Below, piece by piece: positions 26,844 to 37,918 of a DNA stretch of 64,000 bases. The position numbers were made by a program, and so were the translations under genes. The DNA is from an uncultured Oscillospiraceae bacterium (GTDB lineage Bacteria > Bacillota > Clostridia > Peptostreptococcales > Anaerovoracaceae), in the NCBI GenBank assembly GCA_964612345.1, contig CAZTEH010000004.1, positions 18,265-82,264 of the forward strand. Reading direction: 5' to 3'. The number at the start of each line of letters is the position of its first letter. The stretch's first letter is position 1. The notes beneath the pieces were generated by a model. It was not told the DNA's origin. It was given only the letters and a program-made list of their open reading frames with translations, and made no database searches.

Positions 26844-28040
26844 ATGGACAAAGTACTATATACTACACCAGTATTAGAGTATCCTGCTGTTGGAGGTCCT
26901 CAGCTTAGGATCCAAAATTCTATTAAAGCACTGCATGGTATTTGCGAACTGCATGTAATATGCCGCAATACCTTTGAGGGAATTGGAGGAGAAGCGACAG
27001 AGCTTTTTTATAAGTCATATTGTGAACAATTTTTATATGCGCCTTCGGCAAGAAGCAATATGGGGTATTTAAATAAAATCGTTAGAAAAATTGATAAAAA
27101 TTATCACTTGGATGCCAAATTTATTGTTGATTATGCGCAAAAAAATAATATTAATATAATTTGGTTTGGATATGGGAATATCTCACATAAATTAATGCTG
27201 AATATAAAAAAAATGAATTCGGAGTTAAAATTAGTATGTGACACGGATAGTGTATGGTCTCGATTCGTTTTACGCGAATTACCATGTATTAAGGATCAAA
27301 AAAGGCGTTCTCTAATCCTTTCAGAAGGATTAGAGAAAATTAAAGAAGAGGCTTCTTGGGTTGAATATTGTAATATCACAACTGCGGTATCAGAGATTGA
27401 TGCTGAGTATTATAGGAGCTTGTGCTCTTTGCCCCAAAAAATCAAAGTTTTTTCAAATGTTGTAGATTTGGATTATTATCATCAAGTTGATCGTCCTAAA
27501 GATTTTATCACTCCCAACATATATCTGGCAGGAACCTTTTGGCCTGATAGTCCAATGGAGATAGCGGCAAGGTGGGTGATCAATGATGTATTACCGATTA
27601 TTAAGCGTAAAATACCAACAATACACTTTTATATTCTCGGGAATGGATCGAATCACATATTAAATGATATCAATGATAGGGATATCAATATTCTTGGAAG
27701 AGTTGAAAGTGTTTTACCGTATTTATCCAATTCAGATGTGGCAATTGTTCCTTTGAAATTTGAATCAGGTACTAGGTTTAAAATATTAGAGGCAGGTGCG
27801 TGTTCAGTTCCGATCGTTTCTACAACATTAGGGGCAGAAGGGATACCTGTCACGAATGGAAAAGATATATTATTAGCAGATGAACCAGTACAGTTTGCCG
27901 AAGCAATCATTAGAGTCATTGAAGATAAACAGCTTAGGGAGAAATTGGTTGAAAATTGTAGAAAACTTGTACAAGATAATTATAGTATTAATAAATTACA
28001 AGAAGAAGGTAGAGCAATCATATATGATCTGAAGCAATAA
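26844..28040 (+). CDS. GT-B glycosyltransferase (GT4 family-like)
   Basis: 398 aa. The C-terminal domain has VAIVPLKFESGTRFKILEAGACSVPIVSTTLGAEGI (E-X7-E type motif). Confidence 0.8.
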   Translation: MDKVLYTTPVLEYPAVGGPQLRIQNSIKALHGICELHVICRNTFEGIGGEATELFYKSYCEQFLYAPSARSNMGYLNKIVRKIDKNYHLDAKFIVDYAQKNNINIIWFGYGNISHKLMLNIKKMNSELKLVCDTDSVWSRFVLRELPCIKDQKRRSLILSEGLEKIKEEASWVEYCNITTAVSEIDAEYYRSLCSLPQKIKVFSNVVDLDYYHQVDRPKDFITPNIYLAGTFWPDSPMEIAARWVINDVLPIIKRKIPTIHFYILGNGSNHILNDINDRDINILGRVESVLPYLSNSDVAIVPLKFESGTRFKILEAGACSVPIVSTTLGAEGIPVTNGKDILLADEPVQFAEAIIRVIEDKQLREKLVENCRKLVQDNYSINKLQEEGRAIIYDLKQ

Positions 28041-28084
28041 AATAATAGTGATTATAATTAATGAGAGAGCGAAGGAAGAAACCA

Positions 28085-28525
28085 ATGGAACAGATTATAA
28101 ATAATAATAAAATAATAGCGATCTTAATTAGAGAAAGTTTTCAGGAATCAGGTGTTCATTTTTTCACTCCTGATGAGTTCTCACAGCAACTGGCATATAT
28201 GAATCATTCTGCGGGTAAAGTCATTGAACCACATGTTCATAATCCTGTCCACAGGAAAGTGCTTTATACTCAGGAGGTTTTAGTAATAAAAAGGGGTAAG
28301 CTTAAAGTAGACTTTTATTCAGACGACAAGCAATATCTAGAGAGCCGAATTTTAGAAAAGGGAGATGTGCTCTTGCTTGCTTCAGGGGGGCATGGCTTTG
28401 AAGTAATAGAGGACGTAACTATGTTTGAAATCAAGCAAGGACCATATGCAGGTGATACAGATAAAACGCGATTCCAAGGTGTAAAGCCGGAGGATTGTGT
28501 TGTTCGGGAGGATAATAATGAATGA
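28085..28525 (+). CDS. Cupin-fold protein (WbuC-like or sugar ketoisomerase-like)
   Basis: The track start is 28061; ATG 28085 follows GAAGGAAG. It has a His cluster (EPHVHNPVH) and a C-terminal FEIKQGPYAGDTDKTRF that resembles the WbuC-family E.K.GPF tail. It overlaps the next gene by 8 nt. Confidence 0.55.
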   Translation: MEQIINNNKIIAILIRESFQESGVHFFTPDEFSQQLAYMNHSAGKVIEPHVHNPVHRKVLYTQEVLVIKRGKLKVDFYSDDKQYLESRILEKGDVLLLASGGHGFEVIEDVTMFEIKQGPYAGDTDKTRFQGVKPEDCVVREDNNE

Positions 28526-29642
28526 TTTTATACCTGTCAATGAACCTTTATTAAATGGCAACGAAAAAAAATATTTAAATGAATGCATTGACACAGGATG
28601 GATTTCTTCTGAAGGGCCTTTTGTGACAAAATTTGAAGAAAGTTTAGCACAGTATGTGGATCGTCGATATGGAATTGCAGTATGCAATGGAACGGTAGCA
28701 TTAGATTTGGCAGTAGAAGCATTACAACTTAAGCCTGGTGATGAAGTGATCATGCCGACATTTACAATCATTTCATGTATAGCCCCCTTGATTAGAAGGG
28801 GCATTAAACCTGTCTTGGTTGATTCATGTTTAGATACTTGGAATATGGATGTTACCCAGATTGAAGAAAAGGTAACACCCAAAACAAAAGCCATTATGGT
28901 TGTTCATATTTATGGTTTACCTGTTGACATGCAGCCTGTGTTAAATATTGCAAAGAAATATGATTTGAAAATAATTGAAGATGCTGCTGAAATGCATGGA
29001 CAAACCTATAACGGCAAGAAATGCGGTAGTTTTGGCGATGTCAGCATTTTCAGCTTTTATCCTAATAAACATATAACTACTGGCGAAGGTGGTATGGTTT
29101 TAACTGACAATGAAGAATTAGCAAATAGATGCTATTCCTTTAGAAATCTATGTTTGACACCAGAACGCCGATTTGTTCATGACGAGCTGGGATATAATTA
29201 TAGGCTTTCAAACATACAGGCAGCTTTAGGGTTAGCACAGCTAGAAAAGTTAGAAGAACATATAACAACGAAAAAACTTATAGGTATAAAATATACTGAG
29301 CAGTTAAAAAATGTGGCAAAGTTGCAGCTGCCAGTTGTGAAAACAGCTTATGCAGATAATATTTACTGGGTGTATGGATTGGTTATCAAAGAAAGTGAGA
29401 ATACTGCGATGGAAACGATGAGGGTACTTGCTAAAAATGGAATTGGGACAAGACCGTTTTTCTTTTCGATGCACAAGCAGCCAGTATTTATGAAAATGGG
29501 GCTATTTGAAGGGGAACGTTACCCGATTGCTGAATATCTGTCAGAAAATGGGTTCTATATTCCAAGTGGAATGACCTTGACAGAAACACAGATAAAACAA
29601 GTTTCAGACACAGTAAGAGATGTTATGAATGAAATAAACTAG
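28518..29642 (+). CDS. DegT-family PLP aminotransferase, GDP-perosamine-synthase-like
   Basis: ATG 28518 lies 7 nt after GGGAGG (the track start GTG 28497 is probably too early). MNDFIPVNEPLLNGNEKKYLNECIDTGWISSEGPFV resembles the Per/RfbE N-terminus. FYPNKHITTGEGGMV is the Lys region. GYNYRLSNIQAALG is also present. Confidence 0.8.
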   Translation: MNDFIPVNEPLLNGNEKKYLNECIDTGWISSEGPFVTKFEESLAQYVDRRYGIAVCNGTVALDLAVEALQLKPGDEVIMPTFTIISCIAPLIRRGIKPVLVDSCLDTWNMDVTQIEEKVTPKTKAIMVVHIYGLPVDMQPVLNIAKKYDLKIIEDAAEMHGQTYNGKKCGSFGDVSIFSFYPNKHITTGEGGMVLTDNEELANRCYSFRNLCLTPERRFVHDELGYNYRLSNIQAALGLAQLEKLEEHITTKKLIGIKYTEQLKNVAKLQLPVVKTAYADNIYWVYGLVIKESENTAMETMRVLAKNGIGTRPFFFSMHKQPVFMKMGLFEGERYPIAEYLSENGFYIPSGMTLTETQIKQVSDTVRDVMNEIN

Positions 29643-29660
29643 AACTATAGGAGGAAAAGG

Positions 29661-30425
29661 ATGGCGGTATTTGGAGAGTATTCACAGTATTATAATTTGC
29701 TCTATAAGGATAAGGACTACAAAGCTGAAAGCGAATATATTCATCAATTAATACGAAAATATAAACCTGAAGCTTTGAATATTCTTGAAATGGGTTGTGG
29801 AACCTGCAAGCATGCGATAGAATTAACTAGTCATGGATATTCAATTTTTGGAATTGATATGAGCGAAGAAATGCTACAACAAGCAGAAGAAACAATAACA
29901 GATAAAAACATTAAAGATAAAATAAGTGTCGCTTGTTCTGACATTAGAACCTTTGAAACCGACACACGATTTGATGTATGCCTATCACTTTTTCATGTAA
30001 TAAGTTACCAAAATAGTAACGAAGACATTATTAGCGCATTTAATACTGCATCTAAACATTTAAAAGCAGATGGTATTTTTATTTTTGATTGTTGGTACGG
30101 ACCTGCTGTTTTGACAGATAGACCAGCTCTGCGTAAAAAATATTTGGAAGATGATATAATTGAAATTATAAGAAATGCGTCTCCAGATATGCATGCCAAA
30201 GAAAATATTGTGGATGTTAATTACTCAATTAACATAAAAAATAAAATAACAGGAGATCAAAAAACTATAACTGAAAAACATAAGATGAGATATCTTTTTT
30301 CACCTGAAGTTGAGTTAATGTTAAATTTGGCAGGGTTAAAATTGGAGAATAGTTTTGAATTTTTAACTGACCATGAACTTGGATACGACACATGGGGTGC
30401 ATGTTTCGTTGGGAGAAAAAGATGA
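29661..30425 (+). CDS. Class I SAM-dependent methyltransferase (resembles sugar N-methyltransferases of the TylM1/DesVI type)
   Basis: AGGAGG RBS. YSQYYNLLYKDKDYKAESEYI..., then ILEMGCGTCKH (motif I) and IFGIDMSEEML. Confidence 0.7.
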   Translation: MAVFGEYSQYYNLLYKDKDYKAESEYIHQLIRKYKPEALNILEMGCGTCKHAIELTSHGYSIFGIDMSEEMLQQAEETITDKNIKDKISVACSDIRTFETDTRFDVCLSLFHVISYQNSNEDIISAFNTASKHLKADGIFIFDCWYGPAVLTDRPALRKKYLEDDIIEIIRNASPDMHAKENIVDVNYSINIKNKITGDQKTITEKHKMRYLFSPEVELMLNLAGLKLENSFEFLTDHELGYDTWGACFVGRKR

Positions 30426-31558
30426 GTAAAACAGCGATTTTAGTGCTAGCAGACGATAGAGGAATATCGACTTTTCCTGCAGTATATAATACCGCTGCGG
30501 AATTAAAGAAACGTGGATGGGGAGTAAAGATTTACACGGGGTCTATTTGTGATAACTCTGATGTCATGGCGTTATTTGATGAATATAAAGTTATAAAATC
30601 TAGCATTAACCTCAGAATTCGATTTTTAGCAGAAATATTTCTATTTAGCAGTAATCTTTTAAAGGTCAAGAATAAAAAACTTATTTTTGCCTTTGAGCCC
30701 CGTGATGCAATAGCATGCTCATTTGCATCATTTTTTAACAAACATTGCAAATATATTTATTACAATTTAGAAATTCAAGAATATGATTTTTCTTCTAATG
30801 AATCAAAACTGCTCAAGTTTTTAAAGATGGCTTCACAGGTGATTCGAAAAAAACTGGAAACGTTATATTCTCAAAATGCGTATGCATTAGTAATTCAGGA
30901 CAAAGTGAGATTGGAAATTTTAAAGAAACATGGGATTAGTAACAGCAAGTATTACTTTATCCCCAATTCTTATATGTCAGAGAATATTGAATGTTCAAAG
31001 GTAAAGCATAAGGATAAAGGAGATTTGCTGTATTGCGGTGGATTAGAAAAGTGGTCAATCAGCTCAATGATCGATAGCCTGCCAAGAATGGAAAGTCTAC
31101 GCTTAACATTTTCAGGATGGTCAAGGGATAATTATTTAAGCACGGTTGAACAAAAATTGCAAAGTTTGGGAGTTAAGGTATATAAGCAGAAATTATCGCT
31201 TGAAGATTATAAGGAGTTGATTCGAAATTATGATGTTGGCTTAGTATGGTACTCTGACCTATCCTCAGATAATGTTAGGTATATGGGCAGATCATCTGGT
31301 AAGTATTTTATGTTTTTAAGTCAAGGTAAACCGGTAATAGTTCAGAATTTGCCAGGTCTGGCAGATGATGTGAAACAGTATAGTCTAGGAGTTGTTTTAG
31401 AGTCTCTCGACCAACTAAATGAAGCCATGAAGGAGATTATGGAGAATTATGCAGATTACCAAAGGAACGTGATTAAAACATATAAAGATGTCTATGCATA
31501 TGAAAATGCATCGAAGACTTTTTTTAATGAGATAGATGTAATCGGCGATATTATATAA
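30422..31558 (+). CDS. Hypothetical GT-B-like protein (possible glycosyltransferase)
   Basis: ATG 30422 overlaps the upstream stop (ATGA) after GGGAG. The 378-aa protein starts MSKTAILVLADDRG. The C-terminal SGKYFMFLSQGKPVIVQNLPGLADDV resembles the GT-B nucleotide-sugar half. Confidence 0.35.
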   Translation: MSKTAILVLADDRGISTFPAVYNTAAELKKRGWGVKIYTGSICDNSDVMALFDEYKVIKSSINLRIRFLAEIFLFSSNLLKVKNKKLIFAFEPRDAIACSFASFFNKHCKYIYYNLEIQEYDFSSNESKLLKFLKMASQVIRKKLETLYSQNAYALVIQDKVRLEILKKHGISNSKYYFIPNSYMSENIECSKVKHKDKGDLLYCGGLEKWSISSMIDSLPRMESLRLTFSGWSRDNYLSTVEQKLQSLGVKVYKQKLSLEDYKELIRNYDVGLVWYSDLSSDNVRYMGRSSGKYFMFLSQGKPVIVQNLPGLADDVKQYSLGVVLESLDQLNEAMKEIMENYADYQRNVIKTYKDVYAYENASKTFFNEIDVIGDII

Positions 31559-31590
31559 TAAGACATATGAGAGAAAGGGATGTATGAACT

Positions 31591-32928
31591 ATGCATTTAC
31601 TATTACTGTCGGGTGGATCAGGCAAACGCTTATGGCCACTTTCCAATGAAATAAGATCAAAACAATTTCTGCAAGTATTGCCGGGCCCAAATGGAAAACT
31701 AGAGTCGATGGTGCAGAGAGTTTACCGTCAGCTGCAAGAGGTTGGAGGATGGAGTTCGATAACTGTTGCCGCTGGTACTTCACAGCGAGATCAACTTGGC
31801 TTGCAACTCGGCAAGGATGTGAATATCGTTATTGAACCTGAACGCAGGGATACATTTCCTGCGATTGCTTTAGCCTGCTCCTATTTATATAGTGAATGCG
31901 GTGTCAAAGAAGAGGAACCCATTGCAGTATTACCAGTAGATCCTTTTGTGGAATTGGATTATTTTAAAAACATTGCCAAATTTCCTGAGATTTTAGACTC
32001 TCTGGAGAATGGCCTTTTATTAATGGGTGCTAAACCGACTTTTGCATCAGAAAAGTACGGCTATATTGTGCCGACTGATGACAATATAATTTCAGATGTA
32101 AAGCACTTTAAGGAGAAACCTGATTTAGAAACTGCAAAGCAGTTAATTTCTGATGGAGCACTATGGAATTGTGGCGTTTTTGGACTTAGATTAGGATATA
32201 TTACTCAAATTTTAAAAAACAAATATGGTATTGCTGATATATCATATCAAAACATACTAAAAGAGTTTGAAAACTTAAGCAAAACAAGCTTTGACTATGA
32301 AGTGGTGGAGCACGCAGAAAAGATAAAAGTTTTAAAACATGAAGGATCGTGGAAGGATCTGGGAACATGGGAGACCCTTACTGAGGAAATGGCTTTAGAG
32401 GTATCTGGTGTTTCAAAGGTCGATCATTTGTGTAAAAACACTCATGTGATTAACGAACAAGAACTCCCTGTTATAACGATGGGTATTAGGGATGCAGTTG
32501 TGGTTGCTAGCCGGGATGGTATATTAGTAGCAGCGAAAGGTGAAACATATAGACTTAAAGAATTTGCTTCAAGTATTTGTACGAGACCTATGTGCGAAGA
32601 AAAACGATGGGGCAGATATATCGTCATAGAACATACCCGCTATGATGATGGAACAGAGGAACTAACTAAAAAGCTATATATAAACAAGGATCAGCAAATT
32701 AGCTATCAGTATCACAAAAAAAGGAAGGAAATATGGACTATTGTCCGCGGTGAAGGGATCTTGTACTTAAATGGTATGAAAAAGAATGTATTCCCAGGAG
32801 ATGCTGTTAAGATTAATGAAAACGAGAAGCATGCTATATTAGCAATAACTGATTTAGAAATTATTGAGGTGCAGCTGGGGAATCCTCTCGTGGAGGATGA
32901 TATTGTCCGATTAGAAATGGTATGGTAA
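31591..32928 (+). CDS. manC: Mannose-1-phosphate guanylyltransferase with C-terminal cupin domain
   Basis: [34 protein letters not shown] and GYIV motifs, plus a C-terminal cupin (RWGRY...[19 protein letters not shown]). Confidence 0.85.
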   Translation: MHLLLLSGGSGKRLWPLSNEIRSKQFLQVLPGPNGKLESMVQRVYRQLQEVGGWSSITVAAGTSQRDQLGLQLGKDVNIVIEPERRDTFPAIALACSYLYSECGVKEEEPIAVLPVDPFVELDYFKNIAKFPEILDSLENGLLLMGAKPTFASEKYGYIVPTDDNIISDVKHFKEKPDLETAKQLISDGALWNCGVFGLRLGYITQILKNKYGIADISYQNILKEFENLSKTSFDYEVVEHAEKIKVLKHEGSWKDLGTWETLTEEMALEVSGVSKVDHLCKNTHVINEQELPVITMGIRDAVVVASRDGILVAAKGETYRLKEFASSICTRPMCEEKRWGRYIVIEHTRYDDGTEELTKKLYINKDQQISYQYHKKRKEIWTIVRGEGILYLNGMKKNVFPGDAVKINENEKHAILAITDLEIIEVQLGNPLVEDDIVRLEMVW

Positions 32929-32956
32929 TATAATTTTATTGGAAGGGATAACTATT

Positions 32957-34039
32957 ATGAGTAAAATAGCATTAATAACAGGAATTACTGGTCAGGACGG
33001 TTCATATTTAGCAGAGTTTCTAATAGAAAAAGGATATGAGGTACATGGCATTATAAGAAGAAGCTCTTCTTTTAATACAGAAAGAATTGAGCACCTATAT
33101 ATAGATGAGGCAATAAAGGACATGCATAGTAAAAAGAAATTACAGCTTCACTATGGCGACATGACTGACTCTACAAATATTATAAGGCTTATTAAAGAAA
33201 TCCAGCCTAATGAAATATATAATTTGGCAGCGCAATCTCATGTAAAAGTTTCGTTTGAGGTTCCTGAATATACAGCGGATACAGATGGTATTGGCGTGCT
33301 AAGATTGCTCGAAGCTGTGCGATTTCTGGACATGCAAAAGACAGTTAAAATCTATCATGCATCAACATCTGAACTTTTTGGAAAAGTTCAAGAGATACCA
33401 CAAAAAGAAACCACCCCATTTTATCCGAGGAGTCCATATGCATGTGCGAAACTGTATGCCTATTGGATCATAAAAAATTATAGGGAAGCTTATGGGATGT
33501 TCGCTGTAAATGGGATTCTATTTAATCACGAGGGAGAAAGAAGGGGAGAAACTTTTGTTACACGCAAGATTACCCTAGCGGCATCCAGAATAGCGCAGGG
33601 AAAGCAGACTAAGCTTTATCTTGGTAATTTAAGTGCAAAAAGAGATTGGGGTTACGCAAAGGATTATGTCGAATGCATGTGGCTTATGCTACAGACTGAT
33701 ATACCCGATGACTTTGTTGTTGCAACTGGTGAAATGCATACGGTTAGAGAATTCTGTGACCTAGCATTCAAGGAAGCTGGGATAGAGCTAAGCTGGCAAG
33801 GTGAGGGTATTAATGAAAAAGGGATTGATAAAAAGACTGAGAAAGTTGTTGTAGAAGTAGATCCTCAATACTTTCGACCTACAGAAGTAGAACTTCTTTT
33901 AGGTGATCCTACAAAGGCAAAAATAGTATTGGGATGGAACCCAACCAAAACTAAATTTGAACAATTAGTTAAGTTAATGGTGAAGTCAGATATGGAAATT
34001 GTTAAGAAGGAAGATAGAATTAGGAGAGTATTTGACTAA
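32957..34039 (+). CDS. gmd: GDP-mannose 4,6-dehydratase
   Basis: [87 protein letters not shown]. The track start TTG 32939 is probably too early. Confidence 0.95.
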   Translation: MSKIALITGITGQDGSYLAEFLIEKGYEVHGIIRRSSSFNTERIEHLYIDEAIKDMHSKKKLQLHYGDMTDSTNIIRLIKEIQPNEIYNLAAQSHVKVSFEVPEYTADTDGIGVLRLLEAVRFLDMQKTVKIYHASTSELFGKVQEIPQKETTPFYPRSPYACAKLYAYWIIKNYREAYGMFAVNGILFNHEGERRGETFVTRKITLAASRIAQGKQTKLYLGNLSAKRDWGYAKDYVECMWLMLQTDIPDDFVVATGEMHTVREFCDLAFKEAGIELSWQGEGINEKGIDKKTEKVVVEVDPQYFRPTEVELLLGDPTKAKIVLGWNPTKTKFEQLVKLMVKSDMEIVKKEDRIRRVFD

Positions 34040-34965
34040 TGTATAAAGAAAGCAAAATATATGTTGCAGGGCACAGTGGACTAGTAGGTTCCGCAATAGT
34101 AAGGAACTTAAACAAACAGGGATTTTATAATTTGGTGAGAAAAACCCATAATGAACTGGATTTAACAAATCAAATCCAGGTAGAGGACTTTTTTGCTGCA
34201 GAGAAACCCGATTATATTTTCCTTGCCGCTGCTCGGGTTGGAGGGATTAAAGCCAACAGCAGCTATCCTGCAGACTTCTTTTTCATTAACTCTATGATAC
34301 AAAATAATGTAATAAATAATGCCTATAAATTTGGTGTGAAAAAGTTATTGTTTTTAGGCAGCTCTTGCATTTATCCGAAACTTTGCCCACAACCAATGAA
34401 AGAAGAATATTTGCTGTCTGGTTACTTAGAATTAACAAATGAAGCTTATGCTCTAGCTAAAATCTCAGGACTGAAAATGTGCCAATATTATAATACTCAG
34501 TACGGCACAAATTTCATAAGTTGTATGCCAACGAATTTATATGGACAAAATGATAATTTTGATTTGGATACAGCTCATGTTTTACCTGCGTTGATGAGGA
34601 AATTTCATGAAGCCAAGATAAAAGAAGCGTCACAAGTGGAAATATGGGGCACCGGAATGCCCATGAGGGAATTTCTTCATGTTGACGATATGGCAGACGC
34701 CTGTCTCTTTTTAATGGAGAATTATGACGGTCAGGAACATGTGAATATTGGAGCGGGCAAGGAATTATCCATAAAAGAATTAGCGGTTCTAATGAAAGAA
34801 ATTGTTGGCTATGAAGGTGAACTGGTCTTTGACGCCAGTAAACCCGACGGGATGAAGAGAAAACTGCTTGACACCAATAAGTTGAACAAATTAGGTTGGC
34901 ATCATAAAATAGGTCTATCTGAAGGAATCAAAGCTACTTATGATTGGTATTCAACACAACGATAA
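34039..34965 (+). CDS. fcl: GDP-L-fucose synthase (GDP-4-keto-6-deoxymannose 3,5-epimerase/4-reductase)
   Basis: [54 protein letters not shown], and start/stop overlap (TAATG) with gmd. Confidence 0.9.
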   Translation: MYKESKIYVAGHSGLVGSAIVRNLNKQGFYNLVRKTHNELDLTNQIQVEDFFAAEKPDYIFLAAARVGGIKANSSYPADFFFINSMIQNNVINNAYKFGVKKLLFLGSSCIYPKLCPQPMKEEYLLSGYLELTNEAYALAKISGLKMCQYYNTQYGTNFISCMPTNLYGQNDNFDLDTAHVLPALMRKFHEAKIKEASQVEIWGTGMPMREFLHVDDMADACLFLMENYDGQEHVNIGAGKELSIKELAVLMKEIVGYEGELVFDASKPDGMKRKLLDTNKLNKLGWHHKIGLSEGIKATYDWYSTQR

Positions 34966-34987
34966 TAGAGTAAAATGGTGATAATTA

Positions 34988-35758
34988 ATGATTACAAATG
35001 GCAACGAAATGACTGAATTATGTACAATTATTACGGTCTGCTATAATAGCGAAGAATTTATCAAGCAGACGATTGAATCAGTGTTATATCAAACGTATAA
35101 GAATTTTGAGTATATAATAGTTGATGGTGGATCATCAGATGAAACTCTTAATATTATAAAATCATATGAACCAAAATTCGATGGAAGACTGAGGTGGATA
35201 TCCGAGCCTGATGGGGGCATTTATGACGCAATGAATAAAGGAATTTTATTAGCAAAAGGAAAATGGATTGGAATAATAAATAGTGACGATTGGTATGAGC
35301 AAGAGGCTATTAGTATGATAGCGAATTTATTTAGCAGTAACAATGATATTCAACTCATCCATGGAAAAATTAGGATAATTGACTTTAATAATAACTTTAA
35401 AAAAATCGTGGGAGGTTTGGAAGATGTAAAAAGGCTCTCATATAAAGATTTCATGCCCATTTGCCATCCAAGTTCTTTTGTAAGAATAGATGTATATAAT
35501 AAGTTAGGCTTGTTTAATCAACAGTATAAAATTGCTGCTGATTACGATTTTGTAATGCGGTGCGTAGAAGATAAAATAAATATAAGATATATTGATGAAA
35601 TAATTTGTAATTTTAGGGACGGTGGCATTAGTAATACTAATTGGAAAAAATCGCTAAAGGAATCATTAATAATAAAAAAAATTTATGACAATAGCAGAAT
35701 AATACCATATATAACTTTCCTGAGAAGCTATTTGATTAACTATATTAAATCTAAATAG
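34988..35758 (+). CDS. GT2-family (GT-A) glycosyltransferase
   Basis: CTIITVCYNSEEFIKQTIESVLYQTYKNFEYIIVDGGSSDETLNII and INSDDW (DXD). Confidence 0.85.
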   Translation: MITNGNEMTELCTIITVCYNSEEFIKQTIESVLYQTYKNFEYIIVDGGSSDETLNIIKSYEPKFDGRLRWISEPDGGIYDAMNKGILLAKGKWIGIINSDDWYEQEAISMIANLFSSNNDIQLIHGKIRIIDFNNNFKKIVGGLEDVKRLSYKDFMPICHPSSFVRIDVYNKLGLFNQQYKIAADYDFVMRCVEDKINIRYIDEIICNFRDGGISNTNWKKSLKESLIIKKIYDNSRIIPYITFLRSYLINYIKSK

Positions 35759-35781
35759 TAATGGTGATTGAGGAAGTATTA

Positions 35782-36885
35782 ATGAAAACAATTTTTGTCA
35801 ATGCCACAGCTACAACAACAGGTGGAGGATTAATCATACTGCAACAATTTTTGGAGACCTTACCAATTCAGGATACTGATAATGTTTATTACGTGTTTTG
35901 CGCTGCGGATGCTGTAAATAATTATAACGGTAGTAATATAAAAATCATTAACAATATATATAAGAGAAAGTGGATCGGCAGAATTTTATGGGATAATTTC
36001 GGAATTGAAAAGTGGATGAAAAACTGTAGAGTTAAACCGGATTTAATAGTGTCATTTCAAAATACTGGTGTTAGGCTTGGCAGAAGAATCAAACAGATAA
36101 TTTATTATCATCAATCTATACCGATGTATGAGTACCAGTGGTCATTAATAAAGAAGCAAGAAAGAAAGCTATGGATTTATAAAAATATTTATCCATGGTT
36201 TGTTAAGAAACATTTTTATGCAGATGATGTACTCGTTGTACAGAGTTCTTGGATGAAAGAGGCTAGTAGTAAAGTCCTTGATATACCATTAGATCGTATT
36301 AGGATTATTAAACCAACGATACAATTATATGGACATATTAAAGCCAGTCCAAAACGTAAATCTGAAAGGGAGAGTTTCAATATATTCTATCCAGCATCCG
36401 GCGTTGCATTTAAGAATCATAAAATAATATATGATGCATTAATAATTATAGCTAATACTAGGAAAGAGCTATTTAAAAACATAAAGTTTTATATTACACT
36501 AGAAAATGACGAAAAATTACATCAATATAATTCAGAGCTAAACGAAAACATTATATTCTTAGGACAATTAGAATACTCAAAATTGCTTGAATTCTATCCC
36601 CAAATGGATTTAATGGTGTTCCCAAGTTATTTGGAAACAGTGGGGTTACCATTATTAGAAGCCGCATATTTTGGGCTTGAAATCATAGCTTCAGATTTGC
36701 CGTATGCTATGGAGGCAGTAAGTGAATATAATGGAGCTAGTTTTGTAAAACATGACGATGCACGGACTTGGGCTGATGCGATAATTTCTGCATATGAGAA
36801 TCAGAAGAAATATGATGGATTTTTGCCTAATCAAAATAACAGTTGGGAAGATATGTTTCTGTTAATAAAGCAACAATTGATGTAG
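35782..36885 (+). CDS. GT-B glycosyltransferase (GT4 family-like)
   Basis: ATG 35782 follows GAGGAAG (track start 35761). The C-terminal VFPSYLETVGLPLLEAAYFGLEIIASDLPYAMEAV is an E-X7-E motif. Confidence 0.8.
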   Translation: MKTIFVNATATTTGGGLIILQQFLETLPIQDTDNVYYVFCAADAVNNYNGSNIKIINNIYKRKWIGRILWDNFGIEKWMKNCRVKPDLIVSFQNTGVRLGRRIKQIIYYHQSIPMYEYQWSLIKKQERKLWIYKNIYPWFVKKHFYADDVLVVQSSWMKEASSKVLDIPLDRIRIIKPTIQLYGHIKASPKRKSERESFNIFYPASGVAFKNHKIIYDALIIIANTRKELFKNIKFYITLENDEKLHQYNSELNENIIFLGQLEYSKLLEFYPQMDLMVFPSYLETVGLPLLEAAYFGLEIIASDLPYAMEAVSEYNGASFVKHDDARTWADAIISAYENQKKYDGFLPNQNNSWEDMFLLIKQQLM

Positions 36886-36897
36886 AGGTGTAAAACA

Positions 36898-37917
36898 ATG
36901 TTTAAAAATAAAATACTGTTAATAACAGGTGGAACCGGATCTTTTGGTAATGCTGTTTTAAAAAAATTTTTATCTAGTGATGTTGCGCAGATCCGAATTT
37001 TTTCACGTGACGAAAAAAAACAGGACGATATGAGGAATCTGTACAAGAACGATAAAATTAAATATTATATCGGAGATGTAAGGGACTATTATAGTGTCAT
37101 GAACGCAATGCACGGCGTGGACTATATTTTCCATGCGGCCGCGTTAAAACAGGTACCTTCATGTGAGTTTTTTCCCATGGAGGCTGTAAAAACAAATGTA
37201 GTCGGTACAGATAATGTTCTGACTGCCGCGATTGAAGCAAAAGTCAAAAAGGTTATATGCCTTTCCACAGACAAAGCCGCTTATCCGATCAACGCCATGG
37301 GGATATCAAAGGCGATGATGGAAAAGGTTTTTGTGGCAAAATCCAGAACGATTGACGATAAAAAAATGACGATTTGCGGGACAAGATATGGTAATGTAAT
37401 GGCTTCCAGAGGTTCTGTAATACCGCTTTTTGTCGATCAAATCAAAAAAGGTTTGCCATTGACTATCACGAATCCGAATATGACCAGATTCCTTATGAGT
37501 CTGGATGAGGCAGTGGAATTGGTCGAATTTGCTTTTAAGCATGCGGATAACGGTGATTTAATGGTCCAAAAATCACCGGCTTGTACAATAGAGATTTTGG
37601 CGCTCGCCGTAAAGGAAATCTTCAAAGCAGACAATCCGATAAAGACGATTGGAACCAGACATGGAGAGAAGTTGTTCGAAACACTCCTGACAAAAGAGGA
37701 ATATGCAAAAGCTGTGAATATGGAAGAGTATTTTAAGGTCCAGGCAGATAAAAGAGATTTAAATTACGACCAGTACTTTTTTGAAGGCGATGAACGCTTG
37801 TCACGGGAGGATGAATACACATCCCATAACACAGAACGTTTGACACTGAAACAGGTTAAGGAAAAATTAATGACATTGGATTATATCCGGGAAGAATTGA
37901 AAGAATGGGGCAAATAA
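36898..37917 (+). CDS. UDP-GlcNAc 4,6-dehydratase/5(3)-epimerase of the CapE/FnlA/WbjB/QnlA type
   Basis: MFKNKILLITGGTGSFGNAVLKKFL...IRIFSRDEKKQDDMR...HAAALKQVPSCEFFPMEAVKTNV...LSTDKAAYPINAMGISKAMMEKVFVAKSR...GTRYGNVMASRGSVIPLF. From memory this is nearly collinear with S. aureus Cap5E. Confidence 0.9.
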   Translation: MFKNKILLITGGTGSFGNAVLKKFLSSDVAQIRIFSRDEKKQDDMRNLYKNDKIKYYIGDVRDYYSVMNAMHGVDYIFHAAALKQVPSCEFFPMEAVKTNVVGTDNVLTAAIEAKVKKVICLSTDKAAYPINAMGISKAMMEKVFVAKSRTIDDKKMTICGTRYGNVMASRGSVIPLFVDQIKKGLPLTITNPNMTRFLMSLDEAVELVEFAFKHADNGDLMVQKSPACTIEILALAVKEIFKADNPIKTIGTRHGEKLFETLLTKEEYAKAVNMEEYFKVQADKRDLNYDQYFFEGDERLSREDEYTSHNTERLTLKQVKEKLMTLDYIREELKEWGK

Positions 37918-37918
37918 A

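Noticed and set aside
28382-28894. 170-aa minus-strand ORF
   Set aside because: It is antisense to the cupin and aminotransferase genes and has no motifs.
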